Part shown: positions 18,644-27,108 of the stretch, in pieces
Layout: every line of letters begins with the position of its first letter
Position numbering within the stretch: the first letter of the stretch is position 1
Source: Candidatus Pacearchaeota archaeon
Lineage (GTDB): Archaea; Nanobdellota; Nanobdellia; Pacearchaeales; GW2011-AR1
Assembly (NCBI GenBank): GCA_018304105.1
Contig: JAGVWX010000019.1
Location: 1,411-65,410 of the forward strand
DNA length: 64,000 nt
Direction: 5' to 3'
Translations under genes and position numbers: made by a program
The notes under the pieces: generated by a model
Databases searched by the model: none
Told to the model about the DNA's origin: nothing
Seen by the model: the letters and a program-made list of their open reading frames with translations, nothing else

Positions 18644-19618
18644 TTAGTAAAACTTGCCAGAGTAGTATGCCGGCCTGTTTTTTAGATGATTTTTTCTTAT
18701 GGCTATTAGAATTGAAAGCCCGCCGATAACAATTACGAAGCCGGCGACGAGCAAAAATAGGTCTGCGATTGAAGCTCTTTGGAATGTGCCTATGACTGCG
18801 CCGGTGATTCTTGAAATTCCTTTTGGAGAATTTTTAGTTTCAGTTACAGTTGGAACGGGGTTATCTGATTCGCCGGATGCTCCGGAATTTTTGGGTTGAG
18901 TGTTTTGAAGAGCGAGGTTTTGTGTTGTGCAGGTTTGTGCGACTGAAGGAACTGAAGGGAAGATGGTGCATGAAGGATTTTCTAACGAGCATGAGCGGGT
19001 TTGGATACCGTTGGAACATTGAGACCAGTCGGTGCAGGACCAAGTAGTTTTACATTGGGTTCTGTGCCCTCTTGAGCCGCCGTTGACTTGAGCTGGAAGA
19101 GCTGAGATTGAGAACGACTCTCCGTTTTCTGAGAATGTGTTTGAATTGTTCTTCATTTTAACTGAGAGTTTTGTTGTGTAATCGCCTAAGGAATAATCAG
19201 TTGTGTCGAGAGTTATTTTGTAAGTTAGTTTGCCTGAGAGCTTGCCGCCATAGCCGTATCCGTAACCGAAGTTGTAACCATAACCGTGAGAGTAACCGTA
19301 ATTGTAACCGTAGCCGTAATCAATCGTGCCGACTCTTTTGATTTCTAATATGCCTTTGCAGCTTCCCATGATTTCACCGTTTGGAGAGAATTTGCATGTT
19401 TGAGATTCAGGTCCTTCAAGAGTTAGGATTAGGAATTCTATTGGAAGAGATTCGCCATTTTGGATGTCAACTTCTACGGTGAACTGGATTTTTTGGCCTT
19501 GGAAGGGGGATGAGTTGTTTACTTTTAGAAAAAGGTCAAAAGCTTGAGCAGGACCAGCTATTACTAAGAGTAGAATTACTGCTGCCGAGACAAACCATGA
19601 TGTTGTTTTGTATTCCAT
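18644..19618 (-). CDS. secreted GY-loop surface protein, paralog 3 of 5, with TSP1-like Cys module and C-terminal anchor
   Basis: Signal VIAGPAQA. DYGYGYNYGYSHGYGYNFGYGYGYGG loop. GKLTYKITLD...GDYTT. CKTTWSCTDWSQCSNGIQTRSCSLENPSC. ITGAVIGT motif, then a TM helix. Confidence 0.8.
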   Translation of the reverse strand: MEYKTTSWFVSAAVILLLVIAGPAQAFDLFLKVNNSSPFQGQKIQFTVEVDIQNGESLPIEFLILTLEGPESQTCKFSPNGEIMGSCKGILEIKRVGTIDYGYGYNYGYSHGYGYNFGYGYGYGGKLSGKLTYKITLDTTDYSLGDYTTKLSVKMKNNSNTFSENGESFSISALPAQVNGGSRGHRTQCKTTWSCTDWSQCSNGIQTRSCSLENPSCTIFPSVPSVAQTCTTQNLALQNTQPKNSGASGESDNPVPTVTETKNSPKGISRITGAVIGTFQRASIADLFLLVAGFVIVIGGLSILIAIRKNHLKNRPAYYSGKFY

Positions 19619-19819
19619 GTCATTCTTTGCCTGCTTATTCCAGAAAACTAAGGTATTTAACTCTTATGTCTTTGCTGTAACTTTGAAATGGTAAATTATT
19701 CTGTAATTGTAAGAAAGGTACAGAAGGTTTAAATAAAAATTTAGGGGTTTTTGCTTTGGTGCGAAATTTTAACACTGTTGCCTCCCTTGGTTTAAATAGG
19801 ATGAAGCTAAGGGAATTTA

Positions 19820-20578
19820 ATGGAAAAGAGAAAACTTGTTTCGGTTTTGGTGACTGCGGGGATTTTGGGAATCCTGCTGATGGCTGGGCCAGCGTTTGCT
19901 TATCTTGTTTCGTTGAATATAGCAGATGATTCTGTCGAAGAAGGGCAGGACGTAGAGTTTACAGCTAATGTTCAAATAGGAAGCGATGAGTTTGTTGATA
20001 TTCAGAATCTGACTCTGGAAGTTTTTGGGCCGGTGAATAGGTCTTGTGTTTTTGATGTTAACGGAAATGAGCTTTCGGGATGCGAAGATGTGGATGTTGA
20101 GCTGGTGTCTGCGCCGAACTTTACTTTTGGGTATGGATATGGCTATGGATTCAATGACGGGAATTTAACTTATAACATAACTGTGAAGGGCGACGGCCTT
20201 GAAGCTGGGAATTATTCAAGTGAAATTATTTTGAATGTTGCAGGAGATGAAAGTAGTTATGCCGGACCCGATTTTGAAGTTCTTGCGAGAAATGAAAAAG
20301 TAGTTGTCTGTCATGTGCCTCCTGGAAATCCTGGAAACGCACAAACTATTAGTATAGGTGAAAGCGCAGTTGCAGCGCATCTTGCCCATGGAGATTATCT
20401 TGGGGAATGTGTTGAAGGTGAAAATAGTTCTAATGGGAACAGCGGGAATAGCCAAGGGAATGGACAGGGGAATAGTAATAACGGAAATGTCGGCGTGAAC
20501 GGCAATAGCGGGGGTAGTAATAGCAATGTCAGCGGGAATGGAAATTCCGGTGGAAATGGAAACGGGAAGAAAAAATAA
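19820..20578 (+). CDS. secreted GY-loop surface protein, paralog 4 of 5, with CHVPPGNP...HGD...GEC motif and N/G/S tail
   Basis: Signal LLMAGPAFA. FGYGYGYGF loop. GNLTYNITV...GNYSS. VVCHVPPGNPGNAQTISIGESAVAAHLAHGDYLGEC, then a Gly/Asn/Ser low-complexity tail ending GKKK. Confidence 0.8.
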   Translation: MEKRKLVSVLVTAGILGILLMAGPAFAYLVSLNIADDSVEEGQDVEFTANVQIGSDEFVDIQNLTLEVFGPVNRSCVFDVNGNELSGCEDVDVELVSAPNFTFGYGYGYGFNDGNLTYNITVKGDGLEAGNYSSEIILNVAGDESSYAGPDFEVLARNEKVVVCHVPPGNPGNAQTISIGESAVAAHLAHGDYLGECVEGENSSNGNSGNSQGNGQGNSNNGNVGVNGNSGGSNSNVSGNGNSGGNGNGKKK

Positions 20579-20902
20579 TTCTTAATCTGTTTTAGGGCTT
20601 TGCTGAAAATCTCTTAGAATTGTTTTACTCGCAACCACGCTTGTTATTATATCTGCAATATCCTCTCGCGTAACATGCTCACTCGCAGCCACGCTCGAAA
20701 TTTGCTAATTACTTGCACTCGCGTAACATGCTCGCCTTTATCACGTCTTCAACCCCGCCCCCAATCAATATAGTGAATCAATAATTTGACTTTTTTAGCA
20801 AAGATTGTAGCTACATAACAGTAAAAGTTATTTGGAAGTACATTAACGCCCATTAACAGAAAGTTTATATAGTGCGAACTTTTGGGTTTCTGAGTAGAGA
20901 AA

Positions 20903-22192
20903 ATGAAATATTCCAAAACATACTCTGGACTTATTGCATTTAGCTTAATTGCAATTTTAGTTCTTGCAGGGCCGGCTGACGCGTTTGTGAGCTCTTTGGA
21001 AGTTGATGATTCGGTTGTTGAGCAAGGAGAGAAAGTCGTGTTCACAGCGAGCGTTGAACTTTCCAAGGGAGAGTTTGAAGGAATAAACGATTTAATCATT
21101 GATGTTAATGGTCCGGAGAATTTGACTTGCGAGTTTTCGGTTGACGGCGAGGTAAAGTCCGGATGTGAAGGCATGAAGATAGAAAGAATATCTGCTCCTG
21201 ATTTTGGATACGGTTATGGTTACGGATACGGCTATGGGTATGGATATGGTTACGGATACGGCGAAGTTAAAGGAAAGCTAGTTTATAAGATTACGCTGGA
21301 TACAGACGGTCTTGACGTGGGAAATTATTCGACTTCCTTAACGGTAAAGTATGGTTTGAGCGAGCAAAAAGTTGAAGGAGAGAGTTTTGAGATAGTCCAG
21401 AAGCACGAGGGGAAAGTAACTATTTGTCATGTTCCTCCTGGAAATCCTGAAAATGCGCACACGATAAAAGTTGGCGCTTCGGCCGTTCCTGCTCATTTGA
21501 TGCACGGAGATCATGTTGGGGAGTGCGCAGAAAATAATGATGACAATAATGAAAGCGAAAAGGAAAATGGGCGCGGTGGTTCGCACGGGGGTGGTTCTGA
21601 ATCTGGAAGTTCTGACGAAGAAGACGATGAAGAAGGAAATATTTACGAAAACTTGACTTATGAAAATGAAACTAATGGGCATGGAAATGGGACTTGGGAA
21701 AATGAAACTCATGAAGATGATGACGGGAAAAATGAGACTAGCCAACATGGAAATGAAGCAATGAAGAATGAAACTCATGAAGACGAACACGACGATGGGA
21801 ATGTAAAAAACGAGACAAGGAAAAACGAAACTGAACAAAATAGAAACGATGACCATGAAGATTCAACAGTAGAAGATTCTCAAGACGATGAGCATGAGGA
21901 TAACGGAAACACAAACGGCAAGGAAGATGAAGTTCAGGAAGAGCAAGGCAATGGAGATAGCAAAGATGGGAACAATAGCCAAGATGAGGAAAGCGACGAT
22001 GACGAAAATGATAGCCAAGATAAGGGGAATAACGGAAACGGAAGTAATGATAACGGAAACAGCAGAAATGTAAAGGTTGAGAAGAGCAATAATGGAAATG
22101 GAAATGATGGTGGGGAAACGGGAAATGGAAATTCAGGAAACTCAAACGGGAATAATGGAAATTCTGGCGGAAAAGGAAAGAAAGAGAAGTAG
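20903..22192 (+). CDS. secreted GY-loop surface protein, paralog 5 of 5, with CHVPPGNP...HGD...GEC motif and long acidic N/D/E/G tail
   Basis: Signal VLAGPADA. FGYGYGYGYGYGYGYGYG loop. GKLVYKITLD...GNYST. VTICHVPPGNPENAHTIKVGASAVPAHLMHGDHVGEC. About 230-aa low-complexity tail. Confidence 0.8.
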   Translation: MKYSKTYSGLIAFSLIAILVLAGPADAFVSSLEVDDSVVEQGEKVVFTASVELSKGEFEGINDLIIDVNGPENLTCEFSVDGEVKSGCEGMKIERISAPDFGYGYGYGYGYGYGYGYGYGEVKGKLVYKITLDTDGLDVGNYSTSLTVKYGLSEQKVEGESFEIVQKHEGKVTICHVPPGNPENAHTIKVGASAVPAHLMHGDHVGECAENNDDNNESEKENGRGGSHGGGSESGSSDEEDDEEGNIYENLTYENETNGHGNGTWENETHEDDDGKNETSQHGNEAMKNETHEDEHDDGNVKNETRKNETEQNRNDDHEDSTVEDSQDDEHEDNGNTNGKEDEVQEEQGNGDSKDGNNSQDEESDDDENDSQDKGNNGNGSNDNGNSRNVKVEKSNNGNGNDGGETGNGNSGNSNGNNGNSGGKGKKEK

Positions 22193-22210
22193 GATTGAGT
22201 TTTGCGAGGC

Positions 22211-22227
22211 AGAAAGGGTTAAATAAT
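22211..22227 (+). promoter_or_regulatory. consensus BRE/TATA promoter (agaaagggttaaataat)
   Basis: 16 of 17 identical to the shared 17-mer. 20 nt to the ATG at 22247. Confidence 0.6.
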
Positions 22228-22246
22228 ACAGGAAAGTGATTTATTT

Positions 22247-22483
22247 ATGAAATCTTTTACGGCGATTATAAGAAAAGGAGAAAAGCAGTTTGTTGCTTTG
22301 TGCCCAGAAGTTGATGTTGTCAGCCAGGGATACACTATAGAGGAGGCAGTTGAAAACCTTAAGGAAGCTGTCGGGCTTTATTTGGAAGAAATGGGCGAAC
22401 CTGAACAATATGGCTCTCAAGATACTTTTGTAGTCAAATTTGAGGTGAAACCATTTGGCAAAGTTACCGAGGCTATCGGGTAA
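22247..22483 (+). CDS. hicB: HicB-like antitoxin (UPF0150 fold)
   Basis: 78 aa. FTAIIRKGEKQFVALCPEVDVVSQGYTIEEAVENLKEAVGLYLEE is the typical HicB N-terminal domain pattern. Confidence 0.75.
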   Translation: MKSFTAIIRKGEKQFVALCPEVDVVSQGYTIEEAVENLKEAVGLYLEEMGEPEQYGSQDTFVVKFEVKPFGKVTEAIG

Positions 22484-22682
22484 AGAAGTTATAAAAGCTT
22501 TGAAGAAAGCGGGATTTATTGAAGTGCGACAGCGAGGAAGTCATGTTATCATGATAAAACAAACAGCCAATGAAAAGATTCCCCTTGTTGTGCCGATGCA
22601 CAGAGAAATTGATACTGGGATGTTGTTGGAAATAATTAGACAATCAAAGATGAATCGTGATGAGTTCCTTGGTCTTCTTTAG
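22455..22682 (+). CDS. hicA: HicA-like toxin
   Basis: 75 aa from a TTG start. LSGKEVIKALKKAGFIEVRQRGSHVIM matches the HicA (YcfA) pattern. Overlaps hicB by 29 nt. Confidence 0.75.
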   Translation: MAKLPRLSGKEVIKALKKAGFIEVRQRGSHVIMIKQTANEKIPLVVPMHREIDTGMLLEIIRQSKMNRDEFLGLL

Positions 22683-22782
22683 TTAATTTGTTCTAATTCT
22701 AGTTAACTCCTGATTGGTTCTTGTGTAACTCTAAAATGGTAAAAAGCACAAGGTTTAAAAGGATTTAATAAGTTTGAGAAAT

Positions 22783-24009
22783 ATGATAGACGTAATGCAG
22801 AGTAGTGGTAAAAGGTTAAAGGTTATTGTCATGAGTCCGGCGTATAATGAAGCGGAGAACATAGCCAAGGTGATTAAAGGAGTGCCGAGAGAGATTCGTG
22901 GAGTTGGGGAAGTTAAGGTAATGGTGATTGACGACCATTCGAGCGATGGCACTGCTATGGTGGCAAAGAACGCAGGGGCAGATTATGTTTTCAGGCAGAA
23001 GCAGCGTTCAGGACTCGGAGCGACTTTTAAGAAAGGAATCGATATTGCTTTACGACTCGGAGCTGATATAATTGTGAATATTGATGGAGACGGACAGTTC
23101 AATTCGAAAGATATTCCGAAGCTTATTGCGCCGATTCTGGAAAATGAAGCTGATATGGTGACCTGCTCGAGATTCTTGCAGCCGGAAATGACTAAGAACA
23201 TGCCTTGGAGCAAGAGATGGGGGAATAAAAGATTTTCAAATTTAATAAGCAGAATAACTGGAGAGAAATTTTCTGATACGCAGTGCGGGTTTAGAGCTTA
23301 TTCGAGAGAGGCGGCTTTGAGGCTGAACCTGAAGGGGAAGTTCACTTACACGCAGGAAGTTTTCATAGATTTAGTTGAGAAAGGAATGAGAATAAAGGAA
23401 GTGCCGTGCGAGGTTCAGTATTTTGAAAACAGAAAGTCGGTAATTTCGAGCAAAAGTTTTACGGGACTTGTGAAAGGATATGGATTCAAGAGTTTGGGAA
23501 TAATCGCGAAGACGACAAGAGATACGCAGCCATTGACTTTCTTTGGGATGCCTGCATTGATGGTTTTTATTTTGGGATTTATTGGAGGAGCGTACTCTTT
23601 TGTTTATTGGCTTATTTACAGCGCGACGACGCCGATTAGAACTTTGTTTAACGTTTCTGTTTTTTTTATGATATTTGGAGTTGCGCTTGGGATTTTAGCG
23701 ATGGTTGCAGACATGCTGAAGACGATAAAAGGAACGCAGGATGAGCTTTTGTACAGGTTGAAGAGGAATGAAGTTGACCAGAGCCATGCGATGAAGACGC
23801 TGAACGGGCATGTTGAGAAAGTCAATGGAACGATGAAGAAGATTAATGGACATGTGAAAGAGATGAAGATGAACGGAAATGGAAGCGGACACGCGGACAA
23901 GAATGATAAAGAGAATGAAGTTGAGATGTTTGCGGAAGGAAAAGATGAAAAGAGTGTTGGATATTATGCGGGATTGAATGCCCATAAAAGACGAATGAAA
24001 GAGCGATGA
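22783..24009 (+). CDS. GT2 family glycosyltransferase (dolichyl-phosphate hexose synthase-like) with C-terminal TM and coiled tail
   Basis: VIVMSPAYNEAENI, VIDDHSSDGT and NIDGDGQF (DxD) motifs, two TM helices, charged tail. The ATG at 22783 is preferred over the listed TTG at 22774 because the TATA aggtttaaaagg lies ~22 nt upstream. Confidence 0.8.
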   Translation: MIDVMQSSGKRLKVIVMSPAYNEAENIAKVIKGVPREIRGVGEVKVMVIDDHSSDGTAMVAKNAGADYVFRQKQRSGLGATFKKGIDIALRLGADIIVNIDGDGQFNSKDIPKLIAPILENEADMVTCSRFLQPEMTKNMPWSKRWGNKRFSNLISRITGEKFSDTQCGFRAYSREAALRLNLKGKFTYTQEVFIDLVEKGMRIKEVPCEVQYFENRKSVISSKSFTGLVKGYGFKSLGIIAKTTRDTQPLTFFGMPALMVFILGFIGGAYSFVYWLIYSATTPIRTLFNVSVFFMIFGVALGILAMVADMLKTIKGTQDELLYRLKRNEVDQSHAMKTLNGHVEKVNGTMKKINGHVKEMKMNGNGSGHADKNDKENEVEMFAEGKDEKSVGYYAGLNAHKRRMKER

Positions 24010-24026
24010 CGAAAGGGTTAAATAAT
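24010..24026 (+). promoter_or_regulatory. consensus BRE/TATA promoter (cgaaagggttaaataat)
   Basis: Identical 17-mer at 35046 and 39775. 20 nt to the ATG at 24046. Starts immediately after the GT2 stop codon (24007-24009). Confidence 0.6.
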
Positions 24027-24045
24027 TGAAAAGAATAAGAACTGT

Positions 24046-24252
24046 ATGGAATATAAAGAAATGAACTTGGCTGAGTTATATAAGAAATTAAGAATTATAG
24101 AACAGTCTATGGTGACGAAAAAAGAGCTGGACACGGCCTTGGAAAGTGTTATGGTTTTCTCAAATGAAGAGACTATGAAGCAGATTGAGGGGAGCGAAGA
24201 AGATATTAAGGCGGGAAGAGTAAGGAAGATTAATTCTGTTAGCGAGTTATGA
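24046..24252 (+). CDS. orphan antitoxin-like small protein
   Basis: 68-aa helical, acidic protein resembling 14924..15127 in composition and layout. Its stop overlaps an ATG (ATGA) that opens only a 9-codon ORF. Confidence 0.5.
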   Translation: MEYKEMNLAELYKKLRIIEQSMVTKKELDTALESVMVFSNEETMKQIEGSEEDIKAGRVRKINSVSEL

Positions 24253-24281
24253 TGGCTTATTACAAACCCGTCGCCATTTAG
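24252..24281 (+). pseudogene. possible remnant of a translationally coupled toxin gene
   Basis: ATGA overlap with the antitoxin stop, as in intact TA operons, but the ORF is only MAYYKPVAI followed by a stop. Confidence 0.3.
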
Positions 24282-24284
24282 TAT

Positions 24285-24530
24285 TTAATCAGAGAAATCA
24301 ATCTCGCTAGGCAGTTTTTTATCTAACTTTTGCAACAGTCTTTTGAGAAGATAAACTCTTTTTCCAAAAGCAAATATTCCGACGCTCTTTACTTCGCTCG
24401 TGTTTTCATCCTTTCTAATGAAAACGCCTTCTTCCGGTTCTTCAGTAAAGCAGGGCGTCGGCTCTCCGAAAAATACCTCTAAAAAATCTGCTTCCTTGTC
24501 GTAATGGATTTCATATATTGTATCTGTCAT
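24285..24530 (-). CDS. DUF2283-like small protein (putative antitoxin)
   Basis: 81 aa. IHYDKEADFLEVFFGE...GVFIRKDENTSEVKSVGI matches the Y-D-x-x-x-D pattern I associate with DUF2283. Confidence 0.65.
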   Translation of the reverse strand: MTDTIYEIHYDKEADFLEVFFGEPTPCFTEEPEEGVFIRKDENTSEVKSVGIFAFGKRVYLLKRLLQKLDKKLPSEIDFSD

Positions 24531-24826
24531 TTTATTTTATCCTCGTAATATGCTGTTACGATGTACCCTTCGCCGTTTAAATATTTAACTAAGACGAGGA
24601 GATATTTGTAAGGCGATGGCCTATGTTTGAAATACTTATAGTAAAAACCGGCTTTCTCATCTAGTTTAGGAAAAGTAATTTTATCGGGCTCTTTTATGGT
24701 CTCTTCTAGTTCTTCTGCGTTTTCAACTTCCGGATGTTTTTTTCTTATATGAGTCCACCTTTCCTGAGAAAGATGAATTCGCTTGCCGGATTTGTCAGTT
24801 ACTTCAAATACGTAACTCATTGTCAA
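24527..24826 (-). CDS. putative toxin partner of DUF2283 (RelE/barnase-like, family uncertain)
   Basis: 99 aa. Overlaps the downstream DUF2283-like gene by 4 nt. The HLSQERWTHIRKKHPEV motif is typical of small nuclease-toxin families. Confidence 0.45.
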   Translation of the reverse strand: MTMSYVFEVTDKSGKRIHLSQERWTHIRKKHPEVENAEELEETIKEPDKITFPKLDEKAGFYYKYFKHRPSPYKYLLVLVKYLNGEGYIVTAYYEDKIK

Positions 24827-24878
24827 GAGATTAAACGTTTGTTAATAAAAGTTAGCTTATGCTTTGCATGTTTTGTCA

Positions 24879-24954
24879 TAACTCAAGAGTTACATAAATC
24901 GTAAGGGTTTTAATGGCTGAGAAGTAAGGATTTTTATGTTAGGAAGCAGTGAAA
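24879..24954 (+). promoter_or_regulatory. duplicated promoter/leader module P1 (copy 1)
   Basis: taactcaagagttacataaatcgtaagggttttaatggctgagaagtaaggatttttatgttaggaagcagtgaaa is nearly identical to 26259-26334. Contains the TATA-like gggttttaatgg and a short uORF starting MLGSSE. Confidence 0.55.
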
Positions 24955-24991
24955 TTGGGATGCTTTGCGTGATTTGCATAGGAGACGAAAG

Positions 24992-25459
24992 ATGAAAGAA
25001 TTTGATTATTATATTTTTATAGACTATTCGGAGAATTTTCTAGGATACTTAATTTTGGATGGCGAAGAGATAAAGACAATTTTGCCGAAGATATCAAAAT
25101 TTGCCCATTATAAAAAACTCAGGCACAAGTCTTTGTATATTCATTCGATTAAAAAAGTCGTCGACAAAATGGAGTTAATAAAATACTTTGTTAAGTTCAA
25201 GATAAAAACGTTAAGGGATACTCCTGAGATTTATGCGGATTTGGTTGAGTTTATCAGGAAGAATGATAATTGCATTATTTTTATTTCAGTAGATGATAGG
25301 CAGTTCTCTAATTTTGAAAGACTGGTTAGAAATATAGACGGGAAAAATAATAAGATTGTGAAAGAGAGCCAATTGAAAAAGGGCTCTGCAGAGCATAGAC
25401 TGAGTTTAGTTTTAGACACGTTATTAAATATGGAGAGATTAAAAAATGAAAGCAAGTAA
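24992..25459 (+). CDS. uncharacterised ~155-aa protein, family X (copy A)
   Basis: MKEFDYYIFIDYSENFLGY...NCIIFISVDD... is about half identical to 28769..29227. The ATG at 24992 is preferred over the listed TTG at 24965. No family recognised. Confidence 0.7.
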   Translation: MKEFDYYIFIDYSENFLGYLILDGEEIKTILPKISKFAHYKKLRHKSLYIHSIKKVVDKMELIKYFVKFKIKTLRDTPEIYADLVEFIRKNDNCIIFISVDDRQFSNFERLVRNIDGKNNKIVKESQLKKGSAEHRLSLVLDTLLNMERLKNESK

Positions 25460-25571
25460 CTTAGAAATTAAGCATAGGGTAAGGAGGTCCGTCAATCCTA
25501 CTAACCGCATCATCGCATTAAGCGAGCACGGGATTCGTCAGGTCCTGTTCCCCTATGATTTGTCTAGTGAC

Positions 25572-25653
25572 TTGAATTATATAAACTTTGCGGATAACGC
25601 TGAATTGGAGGAATTGATATGAGTAAGAGAAAGCTGGTTGTGTTTGCTTCGAC
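25572..25653 (+). repeat. copy of the GT4 promoter plus first 35 nt of the GT4 gene
   Basis: ttgaattatataaa...gaattgatATGagtaagagaaagctggttgtgtttgcttcgac matches 29335-29417 with few mismatches, then diverges into a stop. Confidence 0.85.
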
Positions 25654-25707
25654 CATTTGAAAACCGCTAAAAATATAAACCACTAGCGACTTTAATCTTA
25701 AAAGAGA

Positions 25708-25923
25708 ATGGGAAAAATAGTTCCGAGAACTGCGAAGGACGTGGTAAAAATTCTTGAAAGATTCGGTTTTAAGTTTGTGAGCAGGGGCAGGCATGACAAA
25801 TATAGGAATGAAGAAAGGGGGATTAGTGTTCCTGTGCCCGTGAGCCACGGAGTTATTTCAAGAGGAGTAATTCAATCATTAATTAGACAAACGGGAATAG
25901 CAAGAGAAGAGTTTGAAGTTTAA
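25708..25923 (+). CDS. hicA: HicA-like toxin
   Basis: 71 aa. AKDVVKILERFGFKFVSRGRHDKY resembles the HicA pattern with GSH replaced by GRH. TATA aaaatataaac lies ~25 nt upstream. Confidence 0.65.
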   Translation: MGKIVPRTAKDVVKILERFGFKFVSRGRHDKYRNEERGISVPVPVSHGVISRGVIQSLIRQTGIAREEFEV

Positions 25924-26183
25924 ACGAAGACTCTTGTCAGCATGGGAGCAATTTCAGAAGATTCTTGTTCTATCATAAACGTTCTTTTTTCTTTGGAATC
26001 TTCAAGGACAATTTCTGCGGCGTCTTTGATATTTTCGATAGCTTCTTCTAATGTAAGACCTTGTGAGGCGACGTCCAGTTGAACTCCCTGCGCAACGAAG
26101 AACTCTTTGCCGTTAATCTTCTCTTTGGTTATAACTACGTCCAAGATAGATTCCTTTCTTTTAGCTTTAGATGTTTCTTCCAT
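25920..26183 (-). CDS. hicB: HicB-like antitoxin, convergent with hicA
   Basis: 87 aa. FFVAQGVQLDVASQGLTLEEAIENIKDAAEIVLE. The C-terminus APMLTRVFV parallels NPMISRIFL of 38994..39251. Shares a TTAA stop-stop overlap with 25708..25923. Confidence 0.7.
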   Translation of the reverse strand: MEETSKAKRKESILDVVITKEKINGKEFFVAQGVQLDVASQGLTLEEAIENIKDAAEIVLEDSKEKRTFMIEQESSEIAPMLTRVFV

Positions 26184-26258
26184 TTAGCACCTGTTTTAAT
26201 TATCTCCTGCAACTTTAAATATCTTCTGTTCGGTGGGGGCTGTTATAGAATTTTGTTC

Positions 26259-26334
26259 TAACTTAAGAGTTACAGAAATCGCAAGGTTTTTAATGGCTGG
26301 AAAGTAAGGATTTTTATGTTTGGAAGCAGTGAAA
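26259..26334 (+). promoter_or_regulatory. duplicated promoter/leader module P1 (copy 2)
   Basis: Near-identical to 24879-24954. Here the MFGSSE leader continues in frame into ORF 26316..26879. Confidence 0.55.
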
Positions 26335-26879
26335 AAGCAGATAGTAAAATGAAAAAAAACCATTTTGGCGGGAGAACGATGCACATTGATGTCAGCCGAA
26401 GGTTTTATCAGGAAGGGGACAGCGGAATCGCGTTTAAAATAATTCCTTCTCAGAAACATAAAGGCATGGTTTTGTCGAATAAACTAAAGAAAGAGTTAAT
26501 AAGAGATTTTGAGCTGGATAAAAATTATGCCCAGCTTCATGCAGTCTGCATTTATTATCTCATTCGCGACGAACTTGACTCTTTTGATAATCTCGTTATC
26601 TGCAATGACGAATCTTATTTTGATGTTAAGAGGTATTTAGATATTCTATTTTTAGATAATGAAAAATATCTTTCCAAGTTTATCACATCGTTAAGCAAAT
26701 TAAGAGAGATTACAGGAGACGCGAAAATCCGCTCTTATGCCGACGGCATCGCAAATGTTTACAGAAGGAAGGCGTTGAAGCCAATCAGAAGACGACAGAA
26801 AGGCGTTTTGCTGGATATAGTTCAAATAAACTACAAAATGATTAAAGAAAAATTGGAGGTAACTAAAAAAATTAAGTAA
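26316..26879 (+). CDS. hypothetical protein, possible distant member of family X
   Basis: 187-aa ORF; the start may instead be the internal ATG at 26379 (MHIDVSRRF). HIDVS...GIAFKI and LVICNDESYFDVKRYL loosely parallel IFIDYS...GYLIL and IIFISVDDRQFSNFERL of family X. Confidence 0.5.
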   Translation: MFGSSEKADSKMKKNHFGGRTMHIDVSRRFYQEGDSGIAFKIIPSQKHKGMVLSNKLKKELIRDFELDKNYAQLHAVCIYYLIRDELDSFDNLVICNDESYFDVKRYLDILFLDNEKYLSKFITSLSKLREITGDAKIRSYADGIANVYRRKALKPIRRRQKGVLLDIVQINYKMIKEKLEVTKKIK

Positions 26880-27108
26880 ATGGTATGAATTTTCCCAACC
26901 AATTACACGCATACGCGCTGGATACATCACATACGTGGTGCTTTTACGGGGTTCATTCCACTTACAAGTTATATAGAACATGGAGTTATATAAAACTTTT
27001 GGTTTAGAAAGTATGGAAAAAATTAAGTTAACAGAACCCGATGGTACTGAAACGCGCATCTCAAGGTGCACTGACCAGCAGGCTTTACCTGTTAGTAACT
27101 TCAGGCTT

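Noticed and set aside
21338-22145. ORFs 21338..21856(-), 21738..22145(-) and 21888..22073(+) overlapping the GY paralog 5 tail.
   Set aside because: They are generated by the low-complexity GAN/AAY-rich coding repeat of the real gene. Similar artefacts are 53360..53641 and 53444..53749 over the helicase RGG tail, and 6305..6845 over the Cys-rich protein.
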